DNA from: Macrostomum lignano
Lineage: Eukaryota
Direction of reading: 5' to 3'
Assembly: GCA_002269645.1 (NCBI GenBank)
Contig: NIVC01000892.1
Span: forward strand, 284,925 to 348,924
DNA length: 64,000 nt
The position numbers and the translations under genes were made by a program. Each line of letters opens with the position of its first letter. Within the stretch, counting starts at the first letter, position 1. The notes under the pieces were generated by a model. The model did no database searches and had not been told where the DNA came from. It worked only from the letters and a program-made list of their open reading frames with translations. Positions 19,201 through 33,559 of this stretch are shown piece after piece.

Positions 19201-22200
19201 ACTCTCTGGCCGAGCGCTTGCTTGTTGTTGATGCGGCCGCAGCTGGAGGTGGAAGCGGCGGCGGCGGAGGCAGCTGCTTTGACGGAGGCTGCTGCTTTGG
19301 CGGTGGCTGCTTCGGCGGCTGCGAACTGGACGATGAAGCGGAAGCAGCTCCATCGTTGCTCGCAGCTTCCTCTAGCCGGCGGAGCGCCTCTGGCGGCGGA
19401 TACTCCTGATTGAGCAGGTCCGACTTGCGCAGACCTTTGACTTTCTTGCCCGGCTTTGAATAGAACTCTTTCAATTCTTTCTGCTTCTGCAGGCCGACCG
19501 CGTTGAATTTCATAATGCGAGCGTCGCCGACCCATTCGTCCCAGCTGCGCAATTGGCGAGATTGACAGTTTGACAGGGCCTGCTTGGCAGCTATGCGTTC
19601 AACCTGTGAGTTACCCTTTAAGACCCTTAGAAGAGCTCAGAGCCGCACTACACCTAATTCAACAGGAGCAACTAAAATCATTATACATAGTTACAGAAGA
19701 CAGCTAACAGAAGAATGCTGAGATGACAAGACTTGGAGGAATGGCCAAGATTTCAAGGCTTACTGGGGAATTTCTGAGATGTCAAGGCTTACAGGGGGAA
19801 TTGCTGAGATGTCAAGGCTTACTGGGGAATTTCTGAGATGTCAAGGCTTACAGGGGGAATTGCTGAGATGTCAAGGCTTACTGGGGGAATTGCTGAGATG
19901 TCAAGGCTTACAGGGAATTGCTGAGATGTCAAGGCTTACAGGGGGAATTGCTGAGATGTCAAGGCTTACTGGGGGAATTGCTGAGATGTCAAGGCTTACA
20001 GGGAATTGCTGAGATGTCAAGGCTTACATGGAATTGCTGAGATGTCAAGACTTACAGGGGGAATTGCTGAGATGTCAAAGCTTACGGGGGAATTGCTGAG
20101 ATGTCAAGGCTTACAGGGAATTGCTGAGATGTCAAGGCTTACTGGGGGAATTGCTGAGATGTCAAGGCTTACAGGGAATTGCTGAGATGTCAAGGCTTAC
20201 TAGGGAAATTGCCGAGATGGCAAGGCTTACTGGGGGAATTGCTGAGCTTATTGCAAGGAGAAGCTAAATGTGAGTTTAATAAAAAAATTGTATTCCATTC
20301 TTAAATATAATGAAGAAGAACAGTTAAAAATGTACTTCAAATAATCATAACTTACTTCTTATTCCAGCCTTGATAATGCACAAAGTACTTAATGTGACCA
20401 TCTTTGACATCAACACTGAGGCACTGAAAAAATGTTTAAGCATTCAACTTAAAATCATATTTATGGAGCAATACATACAAAAATATCAATAAAAATGCTC
20501 ACCTTAGCTTCATATAAAAGTGGTCCATGAAAGCATAGAATTTTTTCTCCTAAAATTATATTTTAAGAGAGAAATTGTTAGCAAACAAAGTCATTATATT
20601 TCTTTCATTTAAGACATATACACACAAAATAATTACTAAACTAGTATATATTCTACAAGTTACAAGCTATAATATGACAAATATTCTTTCTACCATTTAA
20701 GAAACAATGTTCATTGGCACTATAAAGAAAAATCTATGTAAATATAATATACTACTGCAAAGACATTTTGGGTACTTTATATGCTATAAACTATAGTGTT
20801 CTGCTATAAGGGGGTCCATGTGCTGTAGCCAAAGCCATAAGCAAAACTATGGCTTATTCAAATTCTCCATACTCTATAGCTGTAGGGACTCCCATATTAC
20901 CATATTCTTGTAGTTCCAGTAGCTGTAGCCATAGTTTTAACAAAAAGTCTAGGAAACAAAATATTTTGAATCAAGAAGATAACCAGACTCCAGAGGGTTT
21001 GTATAGTACTACTACAGAAAATTTGTATAGTCTAGAAAGTCAGTGATAAACTTTTTGCTTCTTTAACAAATAATAAATAAAATTAGTATAAATTATTGTT
21101 AAGAATTTACATTTTGCAAATAACTCTATTTCTGTAGGTTTAATTCAAGTTTGTTTAAAATGAAAATATTTGTAACATTTTAAAGACTTTTCATACAAAA
21201 GCCTTTCTTAGGAAACTCTACTTATAAAAACTGAATGACCTTTTTAGGTGGAATTATTGGCATACATTTAAGGGAAAGTTTTTGCTTTTTGCATACACTG
21301 GCATACATTTAGCTAAGATAGGATTCTTGTTCCAGCATATACTACTACATGATCCAGAGGCTTTCATAAATATATGACCAATGGCGCATGACCAAGATAG
21401 CCATATACCAAGAAAGCCACAGCTCTAAATGTCTAAATAGATAATAATAAGCCTATGTCTATATATTTCACTCATTTCCTATTGGTAGTAACTTGTTTTA
21501 ATTATAGATCTTCAAGTCTTAGAGAGATAGATGCTATAATGGAATTATATTACATGATATAATCACTCCCTTTGGCTTTAGCTTTTATTTTAGACTAACA
21601 TATAGATATTTAACAACTAAATAAAGCAAATAGCCTAGCACAAAATAAATACTTTGTTGAATATTCTGATAAACTGATAGTGACAAATTGGGTAGATATA
21701 ATGATAGAGAATAAATTGACACAAACAGTAAAAAAGATAACATTTTTGTATTATGGGTACTTAGTTTCAAATCTTTTATTGTGTTAGTATTTATGAGTAT
21801 TATTGATTAAAAATAATAATTAATATAACAATAACTATTAAGTTGCTGATTAATGGTAGAAAGAGTAAATATAATTGAGATTCAATGTCATACATGTGCA
21901 ATAGTTGGCCAAGTTGGCCAATTTGGCTGATCAATTTGGCAGCCAACCAAGGAAGTTGCAAAAATGCCCATCCCAAAAATATCAAAGTAGTAGTACTAAG
22001 TAGCTGACAAGACATTTTGACTCGATAAGACAGTCATAGTTACTCCTGCTGTTTACCCAAAGTTGCGTTAATTTTGTGTTAGGTTTTTTACATGTAAGTT
22101 GCATTTTTGGCCAAAAACTATGTCGCATTTTGGAGGTTGCGCATGTATGTTCAATGTTGTGGCCATCTTGGCCTTATACTAGTGTTCTGCCATATGGAGG

Positions 22201-24350
22201 GTCCATGTACTGTAGCCATAGCCATAAGCAAAACTATGGCTTATTCCAATTCTCCATATTCTGTAGCTGTAGGGACCCCAATATAACAATATTCCTGTAG
22301 GTAAAAAAATAAAAGAAACACTCAATTGCCTTTGTAAGATTATATTTCATCTTTTTTTAGAGCAACAATACTTAATCATTATTGAAACGTATGAAAGTAC
22401 TAATGCTGAACTTTTTCACATTAATAAAAATTAGAGTTTGCTAGTGTTCTATTATACTTTTTTAGGTATATTTTAAAGGTTTCTAAGTTGATAATACAGT
22501 TTACTAGAAGTATCTTTGTTTTACTCTACCTATTTCTAATATTTTTTCAATTTTTTAACATTAATAACTATGGCTATGGGAATCTATGGAATGTGACAAC
22601 AACTACCATATTTCTGTAGTCATAGCCGTAAGAGCAGCTAGCTACTGTAGGCATATCCATAGCTGCTGTAGGCACCTATTTTACCATATTTGCCATGAGA
22701 TCCTATAGCCATAGCTATGGCTGTGGCAAAACACTACCTTATACCCATAGTCCGGATCATGTTGGGTGCAAGCCTGAACAAAAATTGAATAATTACAAAT
22801 GCACGCCAGAAAATATGTAGTGCATGCCCATTCTCAAAAATATGCGATGTTGCAACAATAAATGACCTTTTTTATGTTGTGACAATAAAATCATTTTTAA
22901 ACTGCATAATAGACCCTTATTAACAGATAATTTGGTTGCTTTTTATGCTTTTTCAGCAATACTATTTTATGGTGGAAAATTTATACACGCAAAAATTTGT
23001 TTAAATGCCTTTTTATGAGCTTAAAAAACTAGAAAGCTTGAAATTTGCACTTAAAAATAAACTTTTTCATTTTTTTCTACTTCACAATAACTTTTACACA
23101 TTATAAAGTGCACGCCAGGTGTGCACGCATACTCTCTTCTCAGGAGTGATGCACACCAATTATGCACGCCTAATTTTGGCATACAAGGCCAATGCACGCC
23201 CGAATTTTTGGGCATATGTACTACATGATCTGGAGTGTGGCCTTATACCAATCTGAACCCTAGGAAGATAACCTAGTGCTTAAATAACTACAAATTAAGA
23301 TAGAAAAAAACAAGCATCCCATTGCCTTTGAAAGATTATACTTCATCCTTTTGGCTTTTTATAGAGTAATAATACTTTGTAGCATACTTTAATAACTTTC
23401 TCGAAATTTTGTTAGATTTCTAAAAGTCAAAAACATTTATACTTCTAGAAACTTCTTCAAGTTAGCATCTTATCTATAACATACGCATATAAATAGTAGA
23501 TAATTATTTATTACTAAACTGTTAATATTCTACTCGTATTTGTGTAACATATAACTTTAAGTTTTTAATTGCTTTGTTAAGATGCACTCAATCTTTCTAG
23601 AAATTTCTGGAAGACAGTTACAAATCTATAAATATATGGCAACAGCAGTGACATGAATCACTCTCTCCCCTTGTTTTCTCTTCGATCTGATTTCTGTTGA
23701 TAAACTACCAAATGAACCACTGCCTTGCTCTTAGTCAATAACAAAATTAAAGAAAAACCTACAACTTAATCACTATTGTCATATTGAGAATCTAAAACCT
23801 TTTCCATACTGATAAAATTTAGAGCTTGCTAGGCCTAGTGTTTTATTATATTTATTAAGTATAATCTATAAGTTTTTAAGTCTATAATACAGTTTACTGA
23901 AGTATCTTTGTTTTAATCTACCTGTTTTTAATGTTTTTATTTTTTTAAATTAGGCCCTATATCTAGCTTTCATAGGAATGATAACAAATATGTTGAACTA
24001 TAAATATAATACAGTGAAAACTAGCCTAGGCCTATGTTATCTTTGATACTACAACATAAAACTAAGGCTAAAAAGGCAATTACTTATTGTTATTTATAAT
24101 TTCATTATCAGCTTTTATTTACCATTGGCATTTGAATTTATCAATACAAAGTCAATATCAAATAAAAAACCTAAAATAATAAACTTTCAAAATATCATTG
24201 GAGTCTCTTCATAACATAACCCTTCAATAGAGTCTAGGTCCAGCTTTACTATAAATTATAATTTCTAATTTAATCTACATGCAGTGTGCGCAGTATGAAA
24301 GGCCTACCTTCTGAGTATTTAGGCTTCCCAATTCCCGCCTTCGGTGGCAT
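16296..24350 (-). CDS. MORF4L1: MRG15 / mortality factor 4-like 1 (chromo-barrel + MRG domain), 6 exons, 370 aa
   Basis: Exons 24350-24308, 20549-20503, 20423-20356, 19544-18998, 17761-17439, 16380-16296 (1113 nt, frame-consistent GT-AG). MPPKAGIGKPKYSEGEKILCFHGPLLYEAK, YFVHYQGWNKNWDEWV, QSYFNTVLNSQLLY, LYGCMHLLRLFVRLG. Confidence 0.96.
16523..16814 (+). mobile_element. tRNA-derived SINE, copy 4 (full length), in the last MRG15 intron
   Basis: gggttgcagcctaatggtcagagc (A box), ggttcgattcc (B box), gtgtccttaagcaagacacttaac...cagctgtaaaatggg, ends ggtgtaat. Confidence 0.92.
17030..17395 (-). mobile_element. Possible decayed RTE-type LINE 3' fragment
   Basis: Minus strand gives SDSWTAAVDACYT, resembling the RTE SESWT...LDGCYTR motif; heavily frameshifted. 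Confidence 0.35.
17778..18958. repeat. Compound minisatellite: 43-bp units switching to 34/42-bp units, filling an MRG15 intron
   Basis: 43-bp period at 17778-18085, 34/42-bp period at 18090-18958; shared core gcagattcaga(c/t)ggcag. Confidence 0.95.
19715..20248. repeat. 28-30-bp minisatellite (gaattgctgagatgtcaaggcttacaggg)n in an MRG15 intron
   Basis: Visible tandem array. Confidence 0.95.
20790..23950. repeat. AT-rich dispersed/degenerate duplications in MRG15 intron 1
   Basis: ~110-bp block at ~20790-20900 recurs at ~22178-22290 (gccataagcaaaactatggcttattc); blocks at ~22300-22560 recur at ~23300-23380 and ~23820-23950. Family unclassified. Confidence 0.65.
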
Positions 24351-26359
24351 TCTTTATAATTTCTTTAATTTAATTAATAGAAAAGAAGATTAGATAGATC
24401 AGTTAGAGAGTGGTAAAACTTTCTGTTGTGTTCACGCTGATTAGTAGCAAAAGCTGGCTGTCAGAACTACCTATATCTACTTTAAAGACTGACGAATATA
24501 GCAGTGCGACAATCAGTTATTATCATAGATTCATGTAGTTCATTTTTTTTTCGATTCGTACTATTCGATCAACTGAAAGGCATATTAAAAAAGTGGACTA
24601 GATTTTATTAACAAAAAACAAAAGATTTTTTTTTCGCCTGCTAATACAAACTTTCCTTTACATTTGCTACGCCTACTTTGCTTTTTTTATCAAGAAATTA
24701 ACATACCGCTATTTATAACCTTTTAATTTTTTTAAACTGACGACTTTCGTAGAGTAAACCCGTAAGAATACGATCCACACGTTGCTAAATGTACTTTTAT
24801 GTAATTAAAAACAGTGTACCAATTCGGCGCATAAATTATAGTAGTAATGAGAAGGCCGGTTGAAGTGAAAGATACATTGATGCGCTCCTGTAATTGTTAA
24901 GAGCACTGGAGGAAATTGCAATATGATCGATATACGATCAAAATGTGTATAAGAACTGGAAAGTGCAGCTTACATCGCAGCAGAAAAACGGCGGCCTCCT
25001 CTTGTCTCGGCCGGGGCTATTCAGTCAGACCAGCTTTACACTAAATACAGATACGAACAGATAACAAAGCTGGAGGTTTGAGGGCCAAGCCAGAAGGCGT
25101 GACAGTTGACTCGCTGTACAAACGCAATTAATTGGTGGGGGTGGGTGCAGATTATATGTTGCCTAACAACGGCACAGAGAAAAACTGCTTGAGCGATAAA
25201 GTTCCATGCCCCGCTCAAACTATGCATTGCTCTGCTTTTTGTAAACTAAAATAACAGCTGTGCTTGTTTGACTATTAAAGTACATGCACATGTAATATGT
25301 ACAAGTTATACATGCATGTATTGTCTTGAATAATTTTGCGGTATACAGCAGAGAATCCTAGTAGGAGATGTGTGGGCCTCGATCACACTCATAATAAGTT
25401 TTTTTGGAGGCCAGTGTGTTAGAAAGTCTTTTTGGCATGTGAGCAGAAGATATAACAGGAAAAAACCTAGCTGTCATACAAAAACCTACATATTTATATG
25501 ATTTACGCGGTGCATAGCCATGCCAGCAGCTGCGGCAGAACTGCTTAAATGGCGATCGTGATCGCGTATTGGCTGGAGTCATTTAATGCACGAGAAGTAT
25601 ATATCGTGTTACAATTTCATGGATGAAGGAATTGTTCAAGGCGCACTCGTGACCTAGACATTTAGGCACTCTATACAACTATTGAATCCTATATTTAAAG
25701 AACCGGCCGGCCGATTCATTCTGTGTATAAGCCATTCTCTATCTCTGTACAGCAACCCGACGTCGGCGACGCAATGCAATGTATTATACTTTTACATTTG
25801 ATGAGGACGCACCTTTTTTCAATCTTAGAACCGCACATTTTGCTTCGATGCGCTTTTCCCCTACTGTCAGTAGGCTAGCTTAGGAATTTCTCTCCATTCT
25901 CTCATCTAGGCTAAGTTCTATATTATTTTATGCCATTATTAGTTATGTTAGAAACTCAATGTACTTCTCTTAGAATTCTAATTTTGGATTGTTTACGCAC
26001 ATTTGAAGGTCAGACTGTCTGGGTTTGAGATGGATTGACCTCCAACAGTCTATCTAGACAGGCGACACTAAGTCTGGGAGGAACGTTTTCCACCTCGTTC
26101 TGACCCCCAGATTTGTTGCTTTTTTTCTGTTTTCAGTGATTTATGGCCGTCTAGCTGTCACTTTTGGCTCCAGCCTGTCTGGGTCAAAGAGGTCTTTCCA
26201 GCTTTCTCCTTTGATTTATGGGCGTTTTGCTGTCACTTTTGGCGCCAGGATGTCTAGACAAGTGACTTTTATTATGTTTTGCTTATGATTTATGACCGCA
26301 CCTGTCAACTTCCCTGGGGTCTGAAGGCCACATGGTGGGGTAGGTTTTGGGGTCTTGAG

Positions 26360-26520
26360 CTCAGCCAATCAGAGTCGACCTGACTGCCCCCGGCTCGACT
26401 AATCAGAAAATTTGGCGCCTATTTTAACAAAAGCTCTCAGCCAATCGGAAAATTCGGCGTGCGTTATAACAAATCGGCCGCGTGAGAGCTATAAAAGGCG
26501 GCAACTCGACCCGCGCTCGA
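26360..26520 (+). promoter_or_regulatory. Orphan Pol II promoter-like cluster (two CCAAT boxes, TATAAAAG)
   Basis: agccaatcag (~26364), agccaatcgg (~26439), ctataaaag (~26490), followed by a C-rich leader-like tract with no convincing ORF. Confidence 0.4.
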
Positions 26521-28567
26521 GTAACCCCCACCCCCGCTCCTGCTGCTTCCCCGACCCTTCGGGTGTTTCCGGACTTGCTGGTATCTTGTTCCGGCTGCCC
26601 CTTCGGCATCTGAGCCCCCTTCCCCCGGCAGTTTCGGCTTCAACAGCCAAGTTCCCCCTGAGAAGCATCATCAATATTGGCTACCGGCAGATAGGTCCTC
26701 TGACTGGCTTGGTGAGAGGCTTTCTTGACCTGCTTAACTGTGTGCACCCTTTGTCTGATCCCTTCCTGGGTAGTCTGATAGGATTTGCACTTTTGCTTAC
26801 TTGCTTTTGTGTGCCAATCTCGAGGCAGAAGTGTCAGTTAATATTAAAATTAGCCATTTGCTCTAACTCGATCTAAAGTGTTTAGGATTGCGGATTAAGT
26901 GAGAAAGTTACTCGTAAATCTGGAAGTTAAAGACTTAGTGTTTTCTTTCTTTTTCGCAATGCCAGCTGAGATGAGCGGCTAAATCTAGAGGCAGAGGTCA
27001 CAGTGGACCGGAAGCGACACAGTTCCCAGTCAATCAGTCGATCTAAGAGATCATTATGTTAAGCATGCAAATTAAGTGCCAGACTGGCGCTTTGGCGCGG
27101 TCACAGGCAGTCAAGCGGCTAAAGTAAGTTAAGTATTTGTCTAACGATCTTCGAAAGTGACAATGCATCTACATCATCGCTATCTGTCGACGTGTTAACA
27201 CATTTAGTGCCAAAAGCGTGCAGTTACGTGTACTTATACATGTACTTCTGGGAATTTGGTAATGAAATAGTACATTTAGTAGAGTATGAAGGCTCGCCAG
27301 CGCAAGAACCCCCTGCAAAAGTCCTCTCTGTCCCTACATGGCCAATGCGATCTTAGTCCCAGCAGCGTCCCTTCTATTCGGCTATGACTTCGAGATTAGA
27401 CAGCTAAAAGACACTAGATGGCAGGTAAGTGCAGTGCCCCTCTAGTCGGAAGTCCGATTTCGACAGCTCCGGTTTGGTGAGCCGGGGCGCACGGACTGGT
27501 GGCAGCGGGTTAGTTATTAATCTGCGGATTAGCTATCTTTACCTTTCAAATTCTCCCTGCTTGTCTCTCGCTGTCTTCTCTTAGCTATAGGACCTTGCTG
27601 CTCGCCCACAATCTAGCTACCATGGGGCTGACCATCTGACAGGAGTGAGAGGCCAGAGTTCTAAGTGATTCATTTCTGAATTCTGAGGCCCGAAGCTATA
27701 GGCTTAAAAAAGGCCGAACCTTTGTCGATGTTATTATATACATGTACATGCAAGATCGAGTACATGCATGCATATTTGTCAGCAACGTGGAAACTTCGGG
27801 CACGCACTATTATACACTCGTATTTTCCATAGAGAATCAATTGACTTTAAAACGAACTCTGCAATTCTTTAAAAAGATACCCTGTTATCGGTAATATATA
27901 TTGACATGTTTAAATTACATGTAGCACACACACACATAAGCCATCATCGTGTCTATATTTTTTCATGCATTTTACATGCACGATCTAATAGGTACATGTA
28001 AGAAATGTACGTCGTATTCTTTCCGTGTTTATGCACAAGAAAAAAGTATTGTTGATTCTTAACAATTATCTCGGCACTTGAATAGTTGGACTGAAAAGTT
28101 ATTCCCGCCGGACATTCGATCGATATCCAACACAGCTAGCTAATAAAATTTCAACTGCAGAGACGTCATATAGCAACCAAAACATTTCCCAAGCAGGACA
28201 AAAGCTTCCATGAAAAAATACTCTATAAACTTAGTCATTATATGGCTTCCTTTACATGTGGCTTTTCAGCTGTCGGTTTCCACTGGCACTTCAAAATATT
28301 GAAAGTGTTTAAAAGCATAAAACTTGACAACTACCCATGTGCATAAGCTAAGTGAATACACTTGGTGAATTGTGTAAGCTTACTAGAGTAGCTACGTCGA
28401 AATTCTAAACGAAAACTAGTAGCTTGCCATTTTGAATTCGGCATTCTTTCCCTCTTACTTTATTCTCAACAGGATTTTATAGCCACCGATCTTTACAAAC
28501 GAAGATCTGAAAAACTTAGTAATTAGCGAATTGTGGATTTAAAAAATCAATATTTCCCACACTCATT

Positions 28568-28827
28568 GGGCCTTTTCATATTACCAATTCCAGAACCAGA
28601 ATCGGTTCGGAATTCCAAGAAAAACAGCAGTATAACTATTAAACTCTGTTAATATTTGACTGCCTTAACAGCCTCACTTTGCACGATTTTTCACTTTCTT
28701 CTTGGTGATTGTCATTCAATAATAAAAACTTTTTAGCACGTATCTTCCTCTAGTTATGGAGACAAAAAGTTATACTTCACAAATTGGTTCCGGTTCTGGA
28801 ACCAGAACAAGCAATATAAAAAGGCCC
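28568..28827. mobile_element. ~260-bp MITE with GGGCC termini (PIF/Harbinger-like, tentative)
   Basis: gggccttttcatatt...ttccagaacc versus ggttctggaa...aatataaaaaggccc; flanks actcatt / actcact. Confidence 0.55.
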
Positions 28828-29341
28828 ACTCACTCACTAATTTAATCGCAAGATTTTGCGCGATCTTACACGTTTTATAGTGCAGCATAATATAAAAAGA
28901 CGTTATTTTGAATTTGTTATAATGCAGCTGTTGATTTTATTAGCTAGAAAAAGCTACGAAAGAATTTTGTATATTTAAATAGTCGTAAACGAAAAATAAA
29001 AAGGTACAAGCTAATTACCACAGTAAAAAGTTTTCGACTTCAGTAGAATGTTTACGAGAGAGTGGGGCTACGGGACGGTAATTAAGAACAGTGGCTGATA
29101 AAAACAAAAGAATAAAATAAAATATTAAACACACGACGAAGTTCGAAAAGAGAGAGCTACACTACACCTGCATGCACATGTATTTGCAGTAAGAGTTGAT
29201 TTAAGAGCGTACGAAATAGCAAAACTTTTCTGCGTGCTATGTTGGGATCATGCAAATAATTACGTCATGCATTAGGTCGCCAAGTAGTGCGTTTTAACTG
29301 ACCATATTTAACTGCAGCGGGGGCAGCTTTGCACAACAGAT

Positions 29342-30346
<1,005 letters not shown>

Positions 30347-31049
30347 TATGGTTTTTAGTATTCGACTGCTGGATTTGAGTCTCTCTGAGTCTACCAGGCT
30401 GCTCCTCGGATTTCCACAAACTAGAGCTTTATATGTGTGAATAGTGGGGCTTGCCAGGATGAACAAATATTCCTATACTTTCTGCTGCTTTTTCTTCCTG
30501 AGCAGAGCTGTTGCCATGGGAGCAATGTAAGATCAACACAGGGTTCCATTTTCTTGCAATTGTTTGCTTAAATAGCAAACTGGAGCGGCGACCCACGGGA
30601 AATTTGCTGCATTGGATGAAGCTCTGTGCTCATAGCAACATGGTAAGCAGAGTTAAAATGCTTCTCACTTTACTGGAAGCGAGGCAGGGCTTTGCTTAAA
30701 TAGTCAGCTTCCTATAAAGTAAAAAGAAAATGTTCTAACTCAAACTAGAATTTAGTCCATAGGCTGGTGCTACCAATTCTACATCGTTACTTCATTTCAT
30801 AGAGCTACATTGACAGAGTGGACGTTTCTTGTGACGCCATTATAAGGACTTTTAAGGACAGGTAAGCCAAGACCTTGGAGCCAATAAGGCGGCCTCCTGT
30901 ACTGGACTATCAGACTACTGCGCTCTCGGAGGCGGCTTGTTAGCCTACACCGTTTACCACTCTCTGCCCCTCAGTTGTGCAAAGTCTGCCCCCCCCTTTC
31001 ACCCTGCAGCCAATCAGCTTGCACGCTTCTTATTTACTAGACGTAACTC

Positions 31050-32830
31050 TATCCCACGCAAATATCGATCACTAAATAGATATATATTGGCTCTCAATGC
31101 CATGTATAGTGGCCAAGCCCTTTCTTAACTCTAAAGCCAGTCTACATTGGCATCGCTGCCAAGTAGGACTGTCTGTGCCTCTACAGATCGATGCCCCCCC
31201 CCCCCACCGGATACTCGATACCACTTCATAGCCGCATGACATAGTCAAACAGGATAACGTATAGAAACGGGGATAAAGTTTCACCTTGCAGGACCCCGGA
31301 GGTGGTGGCAATTTCAAATGCAGGGCCATGGTCAGTCTGGACAAAAGCCTTGGACGAGCTGTAGAGGTCCATGATAGTCTGAACCAGCAGCTGAGGAACT
31401 CCATGCTGCTGGAGGAGCCAGGCAGTTGCCGCCTGGCTGACGGAGTCAAAAGCTTTTCAGAAATCTACAAAAACAATTGACACCACTTTTTGGCGAGTCT
31501 CGCACGTGTCAATGATGCACCGGATCGCAGCGACTTGTTCTGTTGTCGACCGTCCATGTCGAAAGCCGCTATGGGTGTTGAGAAGCATCTGGTTGATGAT
31601 GGGTTGAATGCGGTTTCGTAGGATGGTGTTAAGGACTTTGGCCAGAGTGCACTCTTGGGCGATGCCACGCAAGTTGTCGAGGCCGCTGGAGTTGCTCTTC
31701 CTGGGAATGGCCGGCCGCGATCTCAGAAAGTTCTCCATCGCTCTGGGGCACTAGCAGTTGAGTCCCCGACCAGACGGCAAGAGCGGTTGAGGATTCCGGT
31801 GATGACAGGCATCTTCAAGACACGCGGTAAGCTGTCATCGATTTCCGCTGCTGCATCAGCCCGCATGGTTCTTAGGGCCTTGGAGACTTCATCCATGGAG
31901 ATCGGAGCGCAATTGAAGTCGGATGGACAGGCAGTTGGAGAGTCAGCAAGTGGGCGGAGAGCAGCGCTGGGAGCTGGGGCATTGAGTACAAGATGGAAGT
32001 GGCCCGCAATCAGCTGTAGGCGGTGTTCGATGGGATCAGCGTTGGTGATAGCATTCGGTGTGGCTCGCCGCCTGTGAGGCGGTTGATGGTGCTCCAAGGC
32101 GCAGTATGAGGGCAGTTGTCAGTGGCAGCCTTGATCTCCGTCACAGCTTCTTGGGTGGACAGCTCACCAGCTTGGATGTGGGCAGCTTGCAGTGCCTCAG
32201 CCGCGGTGGAGGCAGCAATGTTGGCAGTGCCGCGGTTCTGCTGCAGAGAAGCTGTCGTAGTTGCTGTCAAGGCGGAGCCCCGAGTCATTGAGTTGTCGCA
32301 GGAAGTTCGATCTGATTTCAGAGTTGTAAAGTGCACCCCAGTAGGGCAGGGGACTGGTCGGCTTCCTGAAGCGATGCCAGCGTAGGTCCAGTCTGCAGCA
32401 CAGGAGAGTATGGTTGGATGAGATGCATTTCAGGGTGATGCTACGAACGGCTCGGAGACGAGCTCTCTGCGACATTGGGCAGAGAATATAGTCGAGGCGG
32501 TGCTGCTACCATTTGGGTCATGAAAAGTTGGTAGAGCACTGAGGCTTTGGCGAAGGCAGCCATTTGCCGCCATCGGGTCGCGAGAATGAATGAAGTCAAA
32601 AAGGAAACTTGTGAGCTGAGCAGCAGCGATTTTTCACCAGTCGGCCGTCAACCGGGAGGGGAGCGTTGAAGTCGCCTGTGACAATGATGAGGTTCAGGGA
32701 GTCCAGCTGGTCAATATCAGAGCATTGTGTTACTCGTAGAAGCTCTCAGTTGCAGACGGATCTGAAGATGTGTTTGGTGCGTCTGTCCTCCAGCGCAAAA
32801 GAGCTGGATCATGACCGATGCGCTCAGAGA
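31050..32830 (-). mobile_element. Decayed RTE-clade LINE (APE endonuclease + RT fragments, frameshifted and internally deleted)
   Basis: APE: LIIVTGDFNAPLP, LDYILCP, SNHTLL. Linker: PISMDEVSKALRTM. RT: NLRGIAQECTLAKVLNTILRNRI, SGFRHGRSTTEQV, SIVFVDF. Confidence 0.88.
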
Positions 32831-33116
32831 GACAACCAATAAGCCAAGTGAATAACAGTAAGTGTAGCTAAATGTATAAGCTGTGAAACTCTGAATAAAA
32901 ACTGGCTTGCCATTTTGAATTCGCGGCATTCTTTTCTCTGCTTAACTTATTCGATCAGCTGGATTTGAGCTACTCTTACTACTGAGCTATTCTATTTGCT
33001 AGTAAAATTTACGAAGTCTATTTAGTTAGTTGTAGACGAAAATTAAAAAGGTATTAGCCTTAGTAACAAGTTTTAGACTTCAGTCTTCAGTAGAAGGGAC
33101 ATTTTCAGAAGAATAT

Positions 33117-33356
33117 ACGAGTGCGGGAATGACATGAAGGAATCCCATTGTCGGCTGATTTTCCATGCAGGAATGGCATTCTTGCACTCTTTTGCGTACA
33201 GGAATGGATGTCTTAAGGAGTGGTCCTTGGGATGTCTATGGTAAAATCTCACTGAAAAAGCATTAGGCGCAGAAATGCATTCCTGCACGGTTTTGTGCAT
33301 TCCTGCACGATGAATCATCCGACAATGGGATTCCTTCATGTCATTCCCGCACTCGT
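33117..33356. mobile_element. 240-bp fold-back/MITE with perfect 38-bp terminal inverted repeats
   Basis: 33117-33154 (acgagtgcgggaatgacatgaaggaatcccattgtcgg) is the exact reverse complement of 33319-33356; pairing extends inward with mismatches. Confidence 0.85.
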
Positions 33357-33419
33357 GACCGTGCAGGAATCATTCATTTGAGCACGCTTTTAGCGTTTAA
33401 TGCACGCTTTTACACTTTT

Positions 33420-33555
33420 ATATCGTGTTACAATAAATATCGAGATATATAATGGCATTCAATGCCGTGTAGTGGCCAAGCCTTTTCTTACCTCTAAAGC
33501 CAGTCTACATTGGCACCGCTGCCAAGCAGGACTCTCTGTGCCTCTACAGATGCCC
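33420..33555 (-). mobile_element. Second RTE LINE fragment, homologous to 31050-31200
   Basis: Shares tagtggccaagcc...ctctaaagccagtctacattggca...gctgccaag...gtgcctctacagat with 31088-31200. Confidence 0.85.
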
Positions 33556-33559
33556 CCCC

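Noticed and set aside
25358-25582. Cys-containing ORF vaguely like a piggyBac C-terminal zinc finger
   Set aside because: Cys spacing is incomplete and no transposase core or TTAA/TIR was found.
27040-27130. ttaagcatgcaaattaagt resembles the 5' region of 18S rRNA
   Set aside because: The similarity is under 20 nt and does not extend in either direction.
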